NCBI GenBank assembly: GCA_001819495.1
Contig: MHMW01000028.1
Span: 5,398-69,397, forward strand
Direction: 5' to 3'
DNA: 64,000 bases
Source of the DNA: Candidatus Portnoybacteria bacterium RBG_19FT_COMBO_36_7
Lineage (GTDB): Bacteria > Patescibacteriota > Minisyncoccia > Portnoybacterales > GWB1-42-6
A program made the position numbers and the translations under genes. Positions 1-8,709 of the stretch are shown here, piece by piece. The notes beneath the pieces were generated by a model. The model ran no database searches. It had not been told where the DNA came from and was given only the letters and a program-made list of their open reading frames with translations. How positions within the stretch are numbered: position 1 is the stretch's first letter; every line of letters starts with the position of its first letter.

Positions 1-44
1 GATATATATTGTTAGTATGTTCACCTCGTGATATTATTAATATA

Positions 45-515
45 ATGAAAAAACGCACATGGACAGAGCAACAATTAAAATGCGCGGTTAGAGATTCTTT
101 CAGCTATCGGCGTGTTTTAAATAAATTAGGATTGCGTGAAGCAGGCGGTAATTACAGCCAGATTAAAAAATATATAAAAGAATACCATTTAAATATATCT
201 CATTTTAAAGGAAAGGGTTGGAACGCGGGCATGAGAGGCATAGGTAAACCAATTGTGCCTCTTGAAAAAATTTTAGTTAAAGACAGCTCATTTCAGAGTT
301 TTAAATTAAAAAAAAGGTTATTTGCGGCAGGATTAAAACCTAAGTGCTGCGAAGAGTGTGGTTGGAATAAAATTTCCAATGACGGCAGAATGCCTCTTGA
401 ATTAGACCATATAGATGGTAATAGTAGGGATAATCGTTTAGAAAATATAAGAATTCTTTGTCCGAATTGCCACAGTTTGAAACCGACACATAGAGGACGG
501 AATAGAAAAAAGTAA
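45..515 (+). CDS. HNH endonuclease family protein
   Basis: C-terminal CEEC...LELDHIDGNSRDNRLENIRILCPNCH HNH/Zn motif; ATG at 45 preferred over TTG at 9. Confidence 0.85.
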   Translation: MKKRTWTEQQLKCAVRDSFSYRRVLNKLGLREAGGNYSQIKKYIKEYHLNISHFKGKGWNAGMRGIGKPIVPLEKILVKDSSFQSFKLKKRLFAAGLKPKCCEECGWNKISNDGRMPLELDHIDGNSRDNRLENIRILCPNCHSLKPTHRGRNRKK

Positions 516-519
516 ATTT

Positions 520-602
520 GCCGCCGTGGCGGAATTGGCATACGCACGACACTTAAAATGTCGCGCCCAAAAGGCATGTGGGTTCAACTCCCACCGGCGG
601 CA
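520..602 (+). tRNA. tRNA-Leu(TAA)
   Basis: Acceptor GCCGCCG/CGGCGGC, anticodon arm CGACA-CTTAAAA-TGTCG, long variable arm, T arm GTGGG-TTCAACT-CCCAC; CCA not encoded. Confidence 0.95.
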
Positions 603-613
603 CAATAAGCTAG

Positions 614-744
614 TGTGGGTTCTATTCCCACCCCGGGCACTATCCTTCGCTAAAGCTACGGAATAGCAAGCCAAATATCTAATTTCAATAATTCGGATGT
701 CAGGCCTTACGTAGCCTTGGCGTAGTAGGCCACCCCAGGCACCA
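614..744 (+). repeat. Two tRNA-Leu-like 3'-end remnants flanking a small palindromic element
   Basis: 614-640 TGTGGGTTCTATTCCCACCCCGGGCAC and 730-744 CCACCCCAGGCACCA mimic T-arm/acceptor ends; between them CTTCGCTAAAGCTACG and CGTAGCCTTGGCGTAG are inverted relatives. Confidence 0.7.
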
Positions 745-766
745 GTATTTGACTTTCGGGAATATC

Positions 767-805
767 AAACAAAAATAACCGCTTTTGAAGCGGCTATTTT
801 TGTTT
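767..805. terminator. Intrinsic terminator-like hairpin
   Basis: AAACAAAAATAACCGCTT-TTG-AAGCGGCTATTTTTGTTT. Confidence 0.7.
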
Positions 806-995
806 AGTGGATTATGTTAAAAATTATTTAATAATTTGCTCGGGCAATAGAAAAAAAATTTCATAACACTTTTATTAAATATTTAAAAAGCTTTATTATA
901 CTGCACTATTTATAATAAATTATATCATAGATACAATATGATATTTCTAACGGGGTGGATAACTAAAATTAAAAAATAGGATATAATTAAATTAA

Positions 996-1601
996 ATGAA
1001 AAACTCTGATTTTAAAGAGACAATAGAACGCCTCAGGAAATTGGATGCCAGGACAAGAGGCGATTTGCTGGATGTGGCTGACGATTATCTTAAAAAAACC
1101 GGCAAGGCGGAGCTTTTGGAAAAAATTGTCGCCAAAACCGCCGATTATGGTTATTCTCTGACCTTCAAAGAGATTCATGCGATGAGATGGTATCCGGTGG
1201 CCATGGAAATCGCTCTTTTTTTCTCAATGATAGAGATTCTTGGCTGGGAAGAAAAAGATATAAAAGAATTCGGCAAAAGCTTTGTGAAGATCTCATTTAT
1301 CGAAAGAATTTTAGCTAAATATTTCATCGCGGTGGAAAAAACATATCAGCAAGCGCCGGTTATCTGGAGGCGGCATATGGATTCAGGAGAGCTGGAAACT
1401 CATGAATTTAACAAAGCAAAAAAATACTGTGTTTTAAGGCTAAAGGGGCTGGACCTGCACCCGCTATATTGCATATTTTTGGCAGGGATGTTTGAGGGCA
1501 TGGCCGATTTCATCACCGGTTCAAAAATAAACCGCTGTCAAGAGTCACAATGTGTTTTTAGAGGCGATGATTATCACGAGTTTATCGTCAGCTGGGAATA
1601 A
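996..1601 (+). CDS. V4R/H-NOX-like small-ligand-binding protein (DUF2378-like)
   Basis: WYP motif, W..HMDSGEL, C..LAG, C-terminal ESQCVFRGDDYHEFIVSW typical of the V4R fold; paralog of next gene. Confidence 0.65.
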   Translation: MKNSDFKETIERLRKLDARTRGDLLDVADDYLKKTGKAELLEKIVAKTADYGYSLTFKEIHAMRWYPVAMEIALFFSMIEILGWEEKDIKEFGKSFVKISFIERILAKYFIAVEKTYQQAPVIWRRHMDSGELETHEFNKAKKYCVLRLKGLDLHPLYCIFLAGMFEGMADFITGSKINRCQESQCVFRGDDYHEFIVSWE

Positions 1602-1620
1602 AATTAATTAAATAAATTTT

Positions 1621-2214
1621 ATGGATGAGGCAGTATTAAAAAAACTGAAAGAGATACCCGGCGAGGTGAGGGGAGTGACCATGCAGACCGACGCCAATTA
1701 TGTCTTAAGAAAGATAGGAGAGGAAGGGCTGGCAAAGCTGCAGCAAAAAACCAAGCAATTGGGCTGGGAAATAGATTATAAGCATATCAAGACTATGGGC
1801 TGGTATCCTTTGGGGCAAAGGGTTGTTTCTCTGCTGGCCGCCAAAGAAACTTTTGGCTGGGGCGATAAAGAAATTCAGGATATGGGCAACTGCGCGCCCA
1901 AATATTCTTTTATTGCCAGCACCATGCTCAAATACTTTTTGTCAGTTTCTAAAGTTTTTCAGGAAGCGGCCAGATACTGGGACAAACACTACAGCGTGGG
2001 GAAACTGGTGCCCGTTAAAATTGACGAGAAAAATAAATTTGCGCTTCTGAGATTAAAAGATTTTAACGTGGATCCGGTTTTCTGTCCTTATTTTACCGGC
2101 TATTTTTTAAGGATAAGCCAGATGGTCATCAAAAGCGAAAAAATTACTGCCGAGGAAACAGAATGTCCTTCTAAAGGGGGCCAATGGCACGAATTTTTAA
2201 TGAAATGGGTATAA
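1621..2214 (+). CDS. V4R/H-NOX-like small-ligand-binding protein (DUF2378-like)
   Basis: GEVRG start, WYP, WDKHYSVGKL, ETECPSKGGQWHEFLMKW. Confidence 0.65.
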   Translation: MDEAVLKKLKEIPGEVRGVTMQTDANYVLRKIGEEGLAKLQQKTKQLGWEIDYKHIKTMGWYPLGQRVVSLLAAKETFGWGDKEIQDMGNCAPKYSFIASTMLKYFLSVSKVFQEAARYWDKHYSVGKLVPVKIDEKNKFALLRLKDFNVDPVFCPYFTGYFLRISQMVIKSEKITAEETECPSKGGQWHEFLMKWV

Positions 2215-2810
2215 TGGAAAAATCAGGAGTTAAAAAAAACAAAGACCGCGATGTATATTCGGACATAAGTGAGGAGCTGGAAGAACTTGAACGATATATC
2301 GGCGAACTCTCCACTTTTATGCCGACGCCTTTTTGCATTGTCAATCCGTCTGACATGATTTTGAATATTAACAAGGCATTTTGCGATTTGACCGGATATG
2401 ATGAGCTGGAAATTGTTGGGGAGCAGATTTACAAGATATTTGAGAGCAATGAAGAAGCAGAGATTCTGAGAGAAAAAGTTTTGAAAGACGGACTGGTTCG
2501 GGGGCAAGAAATGATATTGGTTACCCGAAGCGGGAAAAAGATAAATATCAGCGTTTCGGCTTCTTTGAGAAGAGACCAAGACGATGAAATAATCGGTTAT
2601 TTTTTCGCCTTTTCGGATATAAGCGAGCTCAAAAAAATGCAACGGCAGCTGGAGCAAAAAGTTGAAGAAAGAACCAGGGAATTGAGCGAAAAGATCAGTG
2701 AGCTTGAAAGATTCAATCAGCTGGCAATCGGCCGAGAATTAAAAATGGTAGAGCTGAAAAGCGAAATAGAAAATCTTAGGGACCAGCTTGAAAAGATTAA
2801 AGGAAAATGA
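2214..2810 (+). CDS. PAS-domain protein with coiled-coil GRELKM tail, no output domain
   Basis: PAS signature INKAFCDLTGY..EIVG, SDISELK; tail ELERFNQLAIGRELKMVELK; TAATG overlap with upstream stop. Confidence 0.85.
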   Translation: MEKSGVKKNKDRDVYSDISEELEELERYIGELSTFMPTPFCIVNPSDMILNINKAFCDLTGYDELEIVGEQIYKIFESNEEAEILREKVLKDGLVRGQEMILVTRSGKKINISVSASLRRDQDDEIIGYFFAFSDISELKKMQRQLEQKVEERTRELSEKISELERFNQLAIGRELKMVELKSEIENLRDQLEKIKGK

Positions 2811-2837
2811 CCTTTTTAATTGCGCATTATCTATGTA

Positions 2838-2870
2838 AAACAAAAAAGGCCTTCAAGGCCTTTTTTGTTT
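2838..2870. terminator. Bidirectional terminator
   Basis: AAACAAAAAAGGCCTT-C-AAGGCCTTTTTTGTTT between convergent genes. Confidence 0.85.
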
Positions 2871-2873
2871 AAT

Positions 2874-3515
2874 TTATGATTCAAGGATTTCCACTGTCAG
2901 ATATTTTACTCCAAACTGCAGGGCCTGGGAGCGGGATTCCATCCAGATATCTATTTTGTGACTGTTTCGTTTAGCCATCCTGTCTTCAACGACAAAGATC
3001 TTGTCGCCGTAAATTTCAGGGAACCTGACCATGGTGCCGAATTTAAGAAAATTACAGGCTACGATTCCGTCGCGAACGGTGGAACCAGCCGCGGTTATAA
3101 ACGGCGAACTGTCGGTCTGGTCGGGGGTGCTGGAATAGGCAGTGGTAATCACTTTCTTGGTTTCATTAATTGAAACATCGGGAACAATAGGAGTCTCAAG
3201 ATTAGATATTTCGGCTTCGTTTTTTTTCTGAAACAGCGGACTCATTTGGCCGGCTATGACTGAATCATAGATAAGCGTCAAAAAACCATAATCCAAACCA
3301 AACGCTTGGGTGAACGAATATATTGGCATAGTCGTGCCTTCCAATGCCAGCAAAGCCGGCTTTTGACAGGATATTGTTTCGTCTTGGGCAGATGTGGCTT
3401 TAACGGGTAAAAATCCTGAAACACTCAAATACATTATTCCGACCAGTACCATGTATTTGGGCAGATTGGCTACTTGTTGAAATAGTGCGTATTTAATTGT
3501 GGTTAATTTAGTCAT
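2874..3515 (-). CDS. 3D (Asp-Asp-Asp) domain cell-wall protein
   Basis: TAYSSTPDQTDSSPFITA, VEDRM, IDIWM; N-terminal hydrophobic segment; ATG at 3515 preferred. Confidence 0.85.
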   Translation of the reverse strand: MTKLTTIKYALFQQVANLPKYMVLVGIMYLSVSGFLPVKATSAQDETISCQKPALLALEGTTMPIYSFTQAFGLDYGFLTLIYDSVIAGQMSPLFQKKNEAEISNLETPIVPDVSINETKKVITTAYSSTPDQTDSSPFITAAGSTVRDGIVACNFLKFGTMVRFPEIYGDKIFVVEDRMAKRNSHKIDIWMESRSQALQFGVKYLTVEILES

Positions 3516-3915
3516 AAGTTTAAAAATATTTATCCTAGGCCTAAGTGGCCTTTTTGGCTTGTTTCCCTTATAAAAAAGGAATAAACCAAACAAAAAACCC
3601 CGTTTGTTTGGGGAATATGAGATTATAGCATGCCAGGAGGCAAAAGTCAAGATTTTGTGGTAGAAGCTACTCTAGACTAGCTCCTTTCGGTTTTGCACAT
3701 AATACGCTGTTAAATTGGCTGAAAAGAAAAAAATAAAATATTTTAGTGAAGAGCTTAAAGCTACATTATCAAAACTTGGTGTTGAGGTTATTCTTTTTGA
3801 GAATAGACTTGTTTCTTTGCCAAAAAGGAAAATAATAAAGTGGTATTTTTTTGCCTTTTTAAATCGGCTCGTTTTTTTGTTTGGGGAGAGACTGATGTTA
3901 TAATAATCAAAAATT

Positions 3916-4106
3916 ATGGACTTTGCTTTTTTAATACATTCAAGGACTATACTGATGTTCAGAGAAAATTTAAAGTTGCAAAATATCTCCCTAAATCCTG
4001 GGTAGAATTTTGGTGTCTGCATTGGCCGCCAGTGGTGGTGTCTAAAATTGACGGGCTGAAAGATAAAAAGGAGGAGATAAAAAAATCTATTGATTACTGT
4101 GTATAA
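3916..4106 (+). pseudogene. Frameshifted 5' fragment of an acyl-ACP-reductase-like/COG5322-type dehydrogenase (repeat copy 1)
   Basis: MDFAFLIHSR then (after a 1-nt loss) DYTDVQRKFKVAKYLPKSWVEFWCLHWPPVVVSKIDGL; near-identical DNA at 8440. Confidence 0.65.
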
Positions 4107-4165
4107 GAAAACCTCCTCAGTTTTTTTAACTTCAGGGGTTTTTGTTAAGATTGTTTTTCGGAGGA

Positions 4166-4837
4166 TTAAACCGCCATGAGTTGCGCTTCTCGTCCGACCA
4201 ACGAACCGTAACCATTGAAAGCATACCAGAGTTCGGTTGAAAGGACGCTGGAAGCAAGAAAGAGTTGATTGAATTTCGCCCAGGCAACGAAAAGGATAGC
4301 GAAGTCGTCTTTGATATTGCCAGGCCGATTTTCTTCCAAAATCCGGCTAACTTCGCCTTTTTTGACCGCACCTTCGAGGGTCGCGATCATAGTCATAAGC
4401 GACGAGGTTTTCACCGACAGCGATTCAATTAAAGATTCAAAGAGGACCAAAACTTCGCAGAACCCTCCTTTTATCATCTTTTCTGAAATTATTTTCCACG
4501 AGGTCGAGTCCACAAGGCCATTTCCGGCAAGCGATTCTCCTAATTCCCGCAAGTTCAGCTTCCTTAATGTGGGAAGATCTGCGAAATCTTTTTCATCCAT
4601 CTTCTGCCTGATTTTCCCGATCATCTTTGTGGCTCCCGTGAGAGATTGCATGGAGAAATTCAGGTGCTTGCTGATAACGGAGGTATCGCCATTTTGGCCG
4701 TTCAGCTCAGCAAGGATAACATCTTCAAGGGCAACATTGCCCAACTCAAGCTCTGCATAAGCTAAGCTCAGAAACCGCGAAAGTCTCGTTGATTCCGCCA
4801 AATAAATATGACATGGTTGATGATTTTTTCCACCCAT
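4166..4837 (-). CDS. Hypothetical protein
   Basis: 223-aa ORF with strong SD (AAGGAG) and downstream hairpin; no recognised motif. Confidence 0.7.
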   Translation of the reverse strand: MGGKNHQPCHIYLAESTRLSRFLSLAYAELELGNVALEDVILAELNGQNGDTSVISKHLNFSMQSLTGATKMIGKIRQKMDEKDFADLPTLRKLNLRELGESLAGNGLVDSTSWKIISEKMIKGGFCEVLVLFESLIESLSVKTSSLMTMIATLEGAVKKGEVSRILEENRPGNIKDDFAILFVAWAKFNQLFLASSVLSTELWYAFNGYGSLVGREAQLMAV

Positions 4838-4914
4838 AACTTTTCTCCTTTCTTTGTATTTTCAGTAATTCAAAAAAATTCACGCCTTGATCGATTAAAT
4901 CACCACCTCCTTTT

Positions 4915-5352
4915 TTATGAAAAGAGCTTACTGACTTGCTTTTTTGTCAGATACATATAAGAAAGACGGGGATCGCAATAATGTCTTCCTTTTTTTATCT
5001 TTCCTTTATCTATTTCTAAAACAACAACTAAAGGAGTTCTATAAACCTTTTTTGTCTTTGGATCTGGATAACTTTCAATCATTTCAACCATAACAACTTC
5101 CTGGCCCTCCGCGATATTTTTTATATCATATTCTCTGCCTTTTATTGGATAGACTACAGCCAACTCATTCTTTATATCCACCGAAGTTTTAGGAAATAAT
5201 CTGTCGTTTTTCCCTTGATAAACCCAAGTCATGGTATAACCGGCCTTCATTTTTTTTAAGGCAGCCTTAACATCGCCCTTGATTTCATCATTTAATATAT
5301 CAAGAACGGTTTTTACATTATTAGTTATTTTTATATTTTTAGGAATTCTCAT
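4915..5352 (-). CDS. NTF2/SnoaL-like protein
   Basis: IKNIAEGQEVVMVE...VLEIDKGKIKKGRHYCDP pattern; ATG at 5352 just downstream of a TTGACA/TAATAT promoter. Confidence 0.75.
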   Translation of the reverse strand: MRIPKNIKITNNVKTVLDILNDEIKGDVKAALKKMKAGYTMTWVYQGKNDRLFPKTSVDIKNELAVVYPIKGREYDIKNIAEGQEVVMVEMIESYPDPKTKKVYRTPLVVVLEIDKGKIKKGRHYCDPRLSYMYLTKKQVSKLFS

Positions 5353-5417
5353 AATGTTGACCCAAATATTACACACAAAAGTCCGTTTGTCAATCTTGGG
5401 CGGATAGGGCAATTTTT

Positions 5418-5505
5418 GCCATCTGAGATGGGGTTTTTGTTTAGGGCGGGGTGGATGATTGAACAACTTCACGCCTGGCAGGCGAAAGTGATATAATAGA
5501 AGCAA
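5418..5505 (+). repeat. ~88-bp terminator+promoter direct repeat, copy 1
   Basis: GCCATC..GATGG hairpin, T-run, GGGCGGGGTGGATGATTG..CAACTTCACGCCTG..GAAAGTGATATAATAGAAGCAA; copy 2 at 6061-6150. Confidence 0.85.
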
Positions 5506-5571
5506 ACTTCCCTTGAAAGGTACACTATCTGATACTTGACTTTTTAAAATTTCGGACTAAAATGTAACTGT

Positions 5572-5748
5572 ATGAAAAAAATTATATCAAAAGATAAAAC
5601 TCAAGCCGGCCTTATAAAGCGAATAGAAAATTTACTGTCTGAGCAGACAGGTATAATTTTATCTGCAGTCGACCAAAAAGTCGCGAAGCTAGAAAAAAGA
5701 ATTGATGATTTTGACTTTTTAATATATTCAGCTAAAATCAAATCATGA
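5572..5748 (+). pseudogene. Truncated paralog of the downstream small coiled-coil gene
   Basis: LLSEQTGIILSAVDQKVAKLEKRI resembles RLSQQAQVIIAAVDSVLQKRLEKV; ORF runs into the next gene's promoter. Confidence 0.55.
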
Positions 5749-6035
5749 AAAAAGAGCAAACCATTACCAAGGATTATCTTGAAAAAACCCTTGATAAACG
5801 ACTGTCGCAACAGGCGCAGGTTATTATTGCGGCGGTTGACAGTGTGCTCCAAAAAAGGCTGGAAAAAGTAAAAACGGAATTGAAAAACGATATTAATAAC
5901 GTCCAAACCCTGATTGACGGCTACGTCAAAGCACAGGAAGATTTTAAGCAGGAATTTGTTATTCTGAAAGAGGAAGTGAAACAGATAAAACAGGTGCTAA
6001 AGAAAAAACTGGGAGTAGAAATCCAAGCTTTCTAG
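5745..6035 (+). CDS. Small coiled-coil hypothetical protein
   Basis: 96 aa with heptad pattern; own TTGACT/TAAAAT promoter directly upstream. Confidence 0.7.
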   Translation: MKKEQTITKDYLEKTLDKRLSQQAQVIIAAVDSVLQKRLEKVKTELKNDINNVQTLIDGYVKAQEDFKQEFVILKEEVKQIKQVLKKKLGVEIQAF

Positions 6036-6060
6036 TTTCGTCAAATAAAACTAACCACAA

Positions 6061-6150
6061 GCCATCCCTTGATGGCTTTTTTTGTTTGGGGCGGGGTGGA
6101 TGATTGGGCAACTTCACGCCTGACGGGGGAAAGTGATATAATAGAAGCAA
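6061..6150 (+). repeat. ~88-bp terminator+promoter direct repeat, copy 2
   Basis: Near-identical to 5418-5505. Confidence 0.85.
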
Positions 6151-6185
6151 GTCTTCGCCAATGAAGATAGTTTAAGATTTGTAAA

Positions 6186-6258
6186 ATGCCAAGCAGTGAA
6201 AATTCGACTGCCTGGCGGCAAATAATTTTTAACCTGTCGAATTTCTACTACTTGGTAT
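6186..6258 (+). repeat. 23-bp terminal inverted-repeat element ending at an ATG
   Basis: ATGCCAAGCAGTGAAAATTCGAC...GTCGAATTTCTACTACTTGGTAT; homologs at 54145-54280 and 48903-49044. Confidence 0.8.
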
Positions 6259-6281
6259 GGACTTTGCGTTTTTAATACATT
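6257..6281 (+). repeat. MDFAFLIH gene-start repeat, copy 2
   Basis: ATGGACTTTGCGTTTTTAATACATT matches 3916, 8440 and 20409. Confidence 0.75.
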
Positions 6282-6342
6282 TACGCCTAAATTAAAAATC
6301 CCTCATTGATAGGGATTTTTTGATACAGTGAGCAATAATAAG

Positions 6343-6888
6343 TTAAGATTTTTTCTTTCTGTATTCTTCTTTAAATTTCAAAAATTTATTTTTAAGATCG
6401 TTAAATTTTTTTATACCGATATTCCAAGAGTCTAATCCTTTATCAAAAATAACAAATTGATGATAAGCAATCTGTATAGCACCTTCCTCGGGATTAACAA
6501 TATACCACTTGCTATCAATAAAACATTCGGCAAAAATATGCCCTTCAATGTATTTTTCGTCTCCTATATCTAACCATTTTCGCCTTATTGCCTCAACATA
6601 TACGGTAGGGATTTTTCTTACCCTGGCAAAAGCAATAAAAACCAAGGCATAATCAGTGCAGCCGGTGGTGACTTTGCTTTTTATTATTTCATCCGCTGTT
6701 CTCTTTCTAAAAAATTTTTTCTTAAATTCAACTGAATCTGTATCTTTGATATTTTTCTGCACCCATTGTAGCATCTCAAAAATAAGTTCAAGCCCCTCGT
6801 TTTTAAAAGTCGAGGCTATCTCAATAATTTTAGGTGTAATTTCGGTCTGCTGACCACTTTTTAAATATTTTTTAATTTGTTTATTCAT
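6343..6888 (-). CDS. Transglutaminase-like cysteine protease
   Basis: TGCTDYALVF, GHIFAE, WYIVNP (Cys-His-Asn triad arrangement). Confidence 0.8.
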   Translation of the reverse strand: MNKQIKKYLKSGQQTEITPKIIEIASTFKNEGLELIFEMLQWVQKNIKDTDSVEFKKKFFRKRTADEIIKSKVTTGCTDYALVFIAFARVRKIPTVYVEAIRRKWLDIGDEKYIEGHIFAECFIDSKWYIVNPEEGAIQIAYHQFVIFDKGLDSWNIGIKKFNDLKNKFLKFKEEYRKKKS

Positions 6889-6949
6889 GCGATTAATATA
6901 GCAAATTGGTATAAAAAAGAAAAGGGACCGGAATTTTCCGATCCCTCAA

Positions 6950-8050
6950 TCACACAGTCGACAACGAATGGTCTAATTCCATAATCGCAGACTTCATGTG
7001 TCTAAGTATCTTCTTTGTAGCTGAACAAAAATAGTTGAGAGATGATAATAATTGGCCATTGATATACCGATAATAGGTACAACCTCCATTGCAGATATTA
7101 GCCCATTCACAACTTAAACATTCCTTCTTCGATGCTTGAATCTCGCCCTTAAGACTCTTCCACTTTTTTGAACACAACAAGCTTTTCAGAGTTTTCTCCA
7201 TTATATTGCCGATTCTGAACTTATCAATGCCTACAAATCTGCCGCATAAATATAGGTCACCGTTGTAATCAAGCGCAAGATAAGCAGCGCACTCATTGGC
7301 GCAATGACAAATAGTCGGTCGCCCTCCGATCAGCCCTTGAAAATAACTTTCTAACGGCTGAATTTTAATATCTGGGTCGTCCTTTGCCATCCAGCAGTCG
7401 AAAATTCTGATCATGAAACTCGCATATCCAAGGGGGGTGATAGAAAAACTGGCCATCTTTCCATTCTCTTTCTCGGCACACACCGATAAATTGAGCCTGC
7501 CGAGACCGGAACTAACAAAAAAATCCCATATAGCATCTACGTTTTTTGCCGCATTTTTTGTGATAACAGAAATGATACCCGGATTAAAACCATTAACCTT
7601 CAGTACCTCGATTCCTTTCATTACTCTTTCAAATGACCCACTACCATTGAATATTTTTCGAAATTGATCATGAATCTTTTTGGGTCCATCTAAGCTTACT
7701 CCGATTTTAAATGCATTCTTTTTGAAAAATGCTGCCCATTCTTGATCAATTAAAGTACCGTTTGTCTGGACACTATTTAGATATTGTTTGCCTTTCAGGT
7801 ATCTGGCTTGGAAACCAACTGCTGCTTCGTAAAAATTTATTCCGGCAATCAACGGTTCGCCCCCGTGCCAGACGAAAGAAAAACTGTTTTCGTCAAGCTC
7901 TGATAACTGACAAATAAAAGTCTCGAGAAGACGTATATCCATCTTCAGCTTTTTTTCTTCTTTCGTTTTCGACCACAGATTGCTATTGTAACAATAATCA
8001 CATCTTAAATTACACAAAACAGAAACTGGTTTCATGATAAAGGTCAGCAT
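6950..8050 (-). CDS. Radical SAM/SPASM peptide maturase (anSME-like fold)
   Basis: CNLRCDYC, WHGGEPL, QTNGTL, SLDGP, SPASM cysteines (CHCANEC, LYLC, CLSCEWANICNGGC, YFC); SD AGGAGG. Confidence 0.9.
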   Translation of the reverse strand: MLTFIMKPVSVLCNLRCDYCYNSNLWSKTKEEKKLKMDIRLLETFICQLSELDENSFSFVWHGGEPLIAGINFYEAAVGFQARYLKGKQYLNSVQTNGTLIDQEWAAFFKKNAFKIGVSLDGPKKIHDQFRKIFNGSGSFERVMKGIEVLKVNGFNPGIISVITKNAAKNVDAIWDFFVSSGLGRLNLSVCAEKENGKMASFSITPLGYASFMIRIFDCWMAKDDPDIKIQPLESYFQGLIGGRPTICHCANECAAYLALDYNGDLYLCGRFVGIDKFRIGNIMEKTLKSLLCSKKWKSLKGEIQASKKECLSCEWANICNGGCTYYRYINGQLLSSLNYFCSATKKILRHMKSAIMELDHSLSTV

Positions 8051-8078
8051 ATATCCTCCTTTTATGCCTGAAAAAATA

Positions 8079-8104
8079 GGGGAGGCAAAAATTTTTGTCT
8101 CCCC
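8079..8104 (-). terminator. Hairpin between precursor peptide and maturase
   Basis: GGGGAGGCAAAAA/TTTTTGTCTCCCC palindrome followed by a T-run on the minus strand. Confidence 0.65.
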
Positions 8105-8113
8105 ACCGCCCGA

Positions 8114-8266
8114 CTAATCGGATCTGTCACCATATTGAGAATCACCATACCCATCTCCGTAGGGACTAGCGCTATGGCACTTGTAAGTCCGATCAGGCGA
8201 CTGCTTCCGCATTGCCATCATTCGTGCCAAAATACGGACACCTTTTTTCTTTTTAGGCGCTTTCAC
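8114..8266 (-). CDS. Putative RiPP precursor peptide with three YGD motifs (not in ORF track)
   Basis: GTG start 8 nt after AGGAGG; MKAPKKKKGVRILARMMAMRKQSPDRTYKCHSASPYGDGYGDSQYGDRSD; TTGACA promoter at about 8337. Confidence 0.8.
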   Translation of the reverse strand: MKAPKKKKGVRILARMMAMRKQSPDRTYKCHSASPYGDGYGDSQYGDRSD

Positions 8267-8439
8267 GGCCAACACCTCCTTTCTATTTGGAATGAACTAC
8301 GATATTTTATAATAATAGACAAAAAGCGACTTGTCAATGTTTTGCTAAGGGTACCTAAAGTGCTATAATGTAACTAAATCTTCGTAAGCTAAGATTTAAA
8401 TAATCCTAATTGGAAAGAATAATTTAAGGTTTATTTAAA

Positions 8440-8620
8440 ATGGACTTTGCTTTTTTAATTCATTCAAGGGATTATACTGATGTTCAGCGAAAATTTAAAG
8501 TTGCAAAATATCTCCCTAAATCCTGGGTGGAATTTTGGTGTCTGCATTGGCCGCCAGCCGCGAACTGAAAATGGTCGAACTTAAAAAGAAGATAAAAGAG
8601 ATGGAGGGAAAACGGGAAAA
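8440..8620 (+). pseudogene. Chimeric scar: COG5322-like gene start (copy 3) fused to a GRELKM sensor tail
   Basis: MDFAFLIHSRDYTDVQRK...HWPP joined at GGCCGCCAGCCGC to an out-of-frame RELKMVELKKKIKEMEGK. Confidence 0.75.
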
Positions 8621-8709
8621 GATTAGTTCATATGAAACTAGACCAAATAATAAATTTAATATTAGATTATATATCCATGAAATGGTTAATGTTATATATA
8701 TTTTGATGT

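Noticed and set aside
3715-3903. Possible nucleotidyltransferase antitoxin fragment
   Set aside because: Only a vague N-terminal resemblance and no GS/DxD motif; too weak to call
4269-4760. 163-aa plus-strand ORF, and similar antisense or overlapping short ORFs throughout the track
   Set aside because: Shadows of better-supported genes on the other strand or frame
8135-8368. 77-aa plus-strand ORF from the track
   Set aside because: Antisense shadow of the SD-led YGD peptide; no SD or motif
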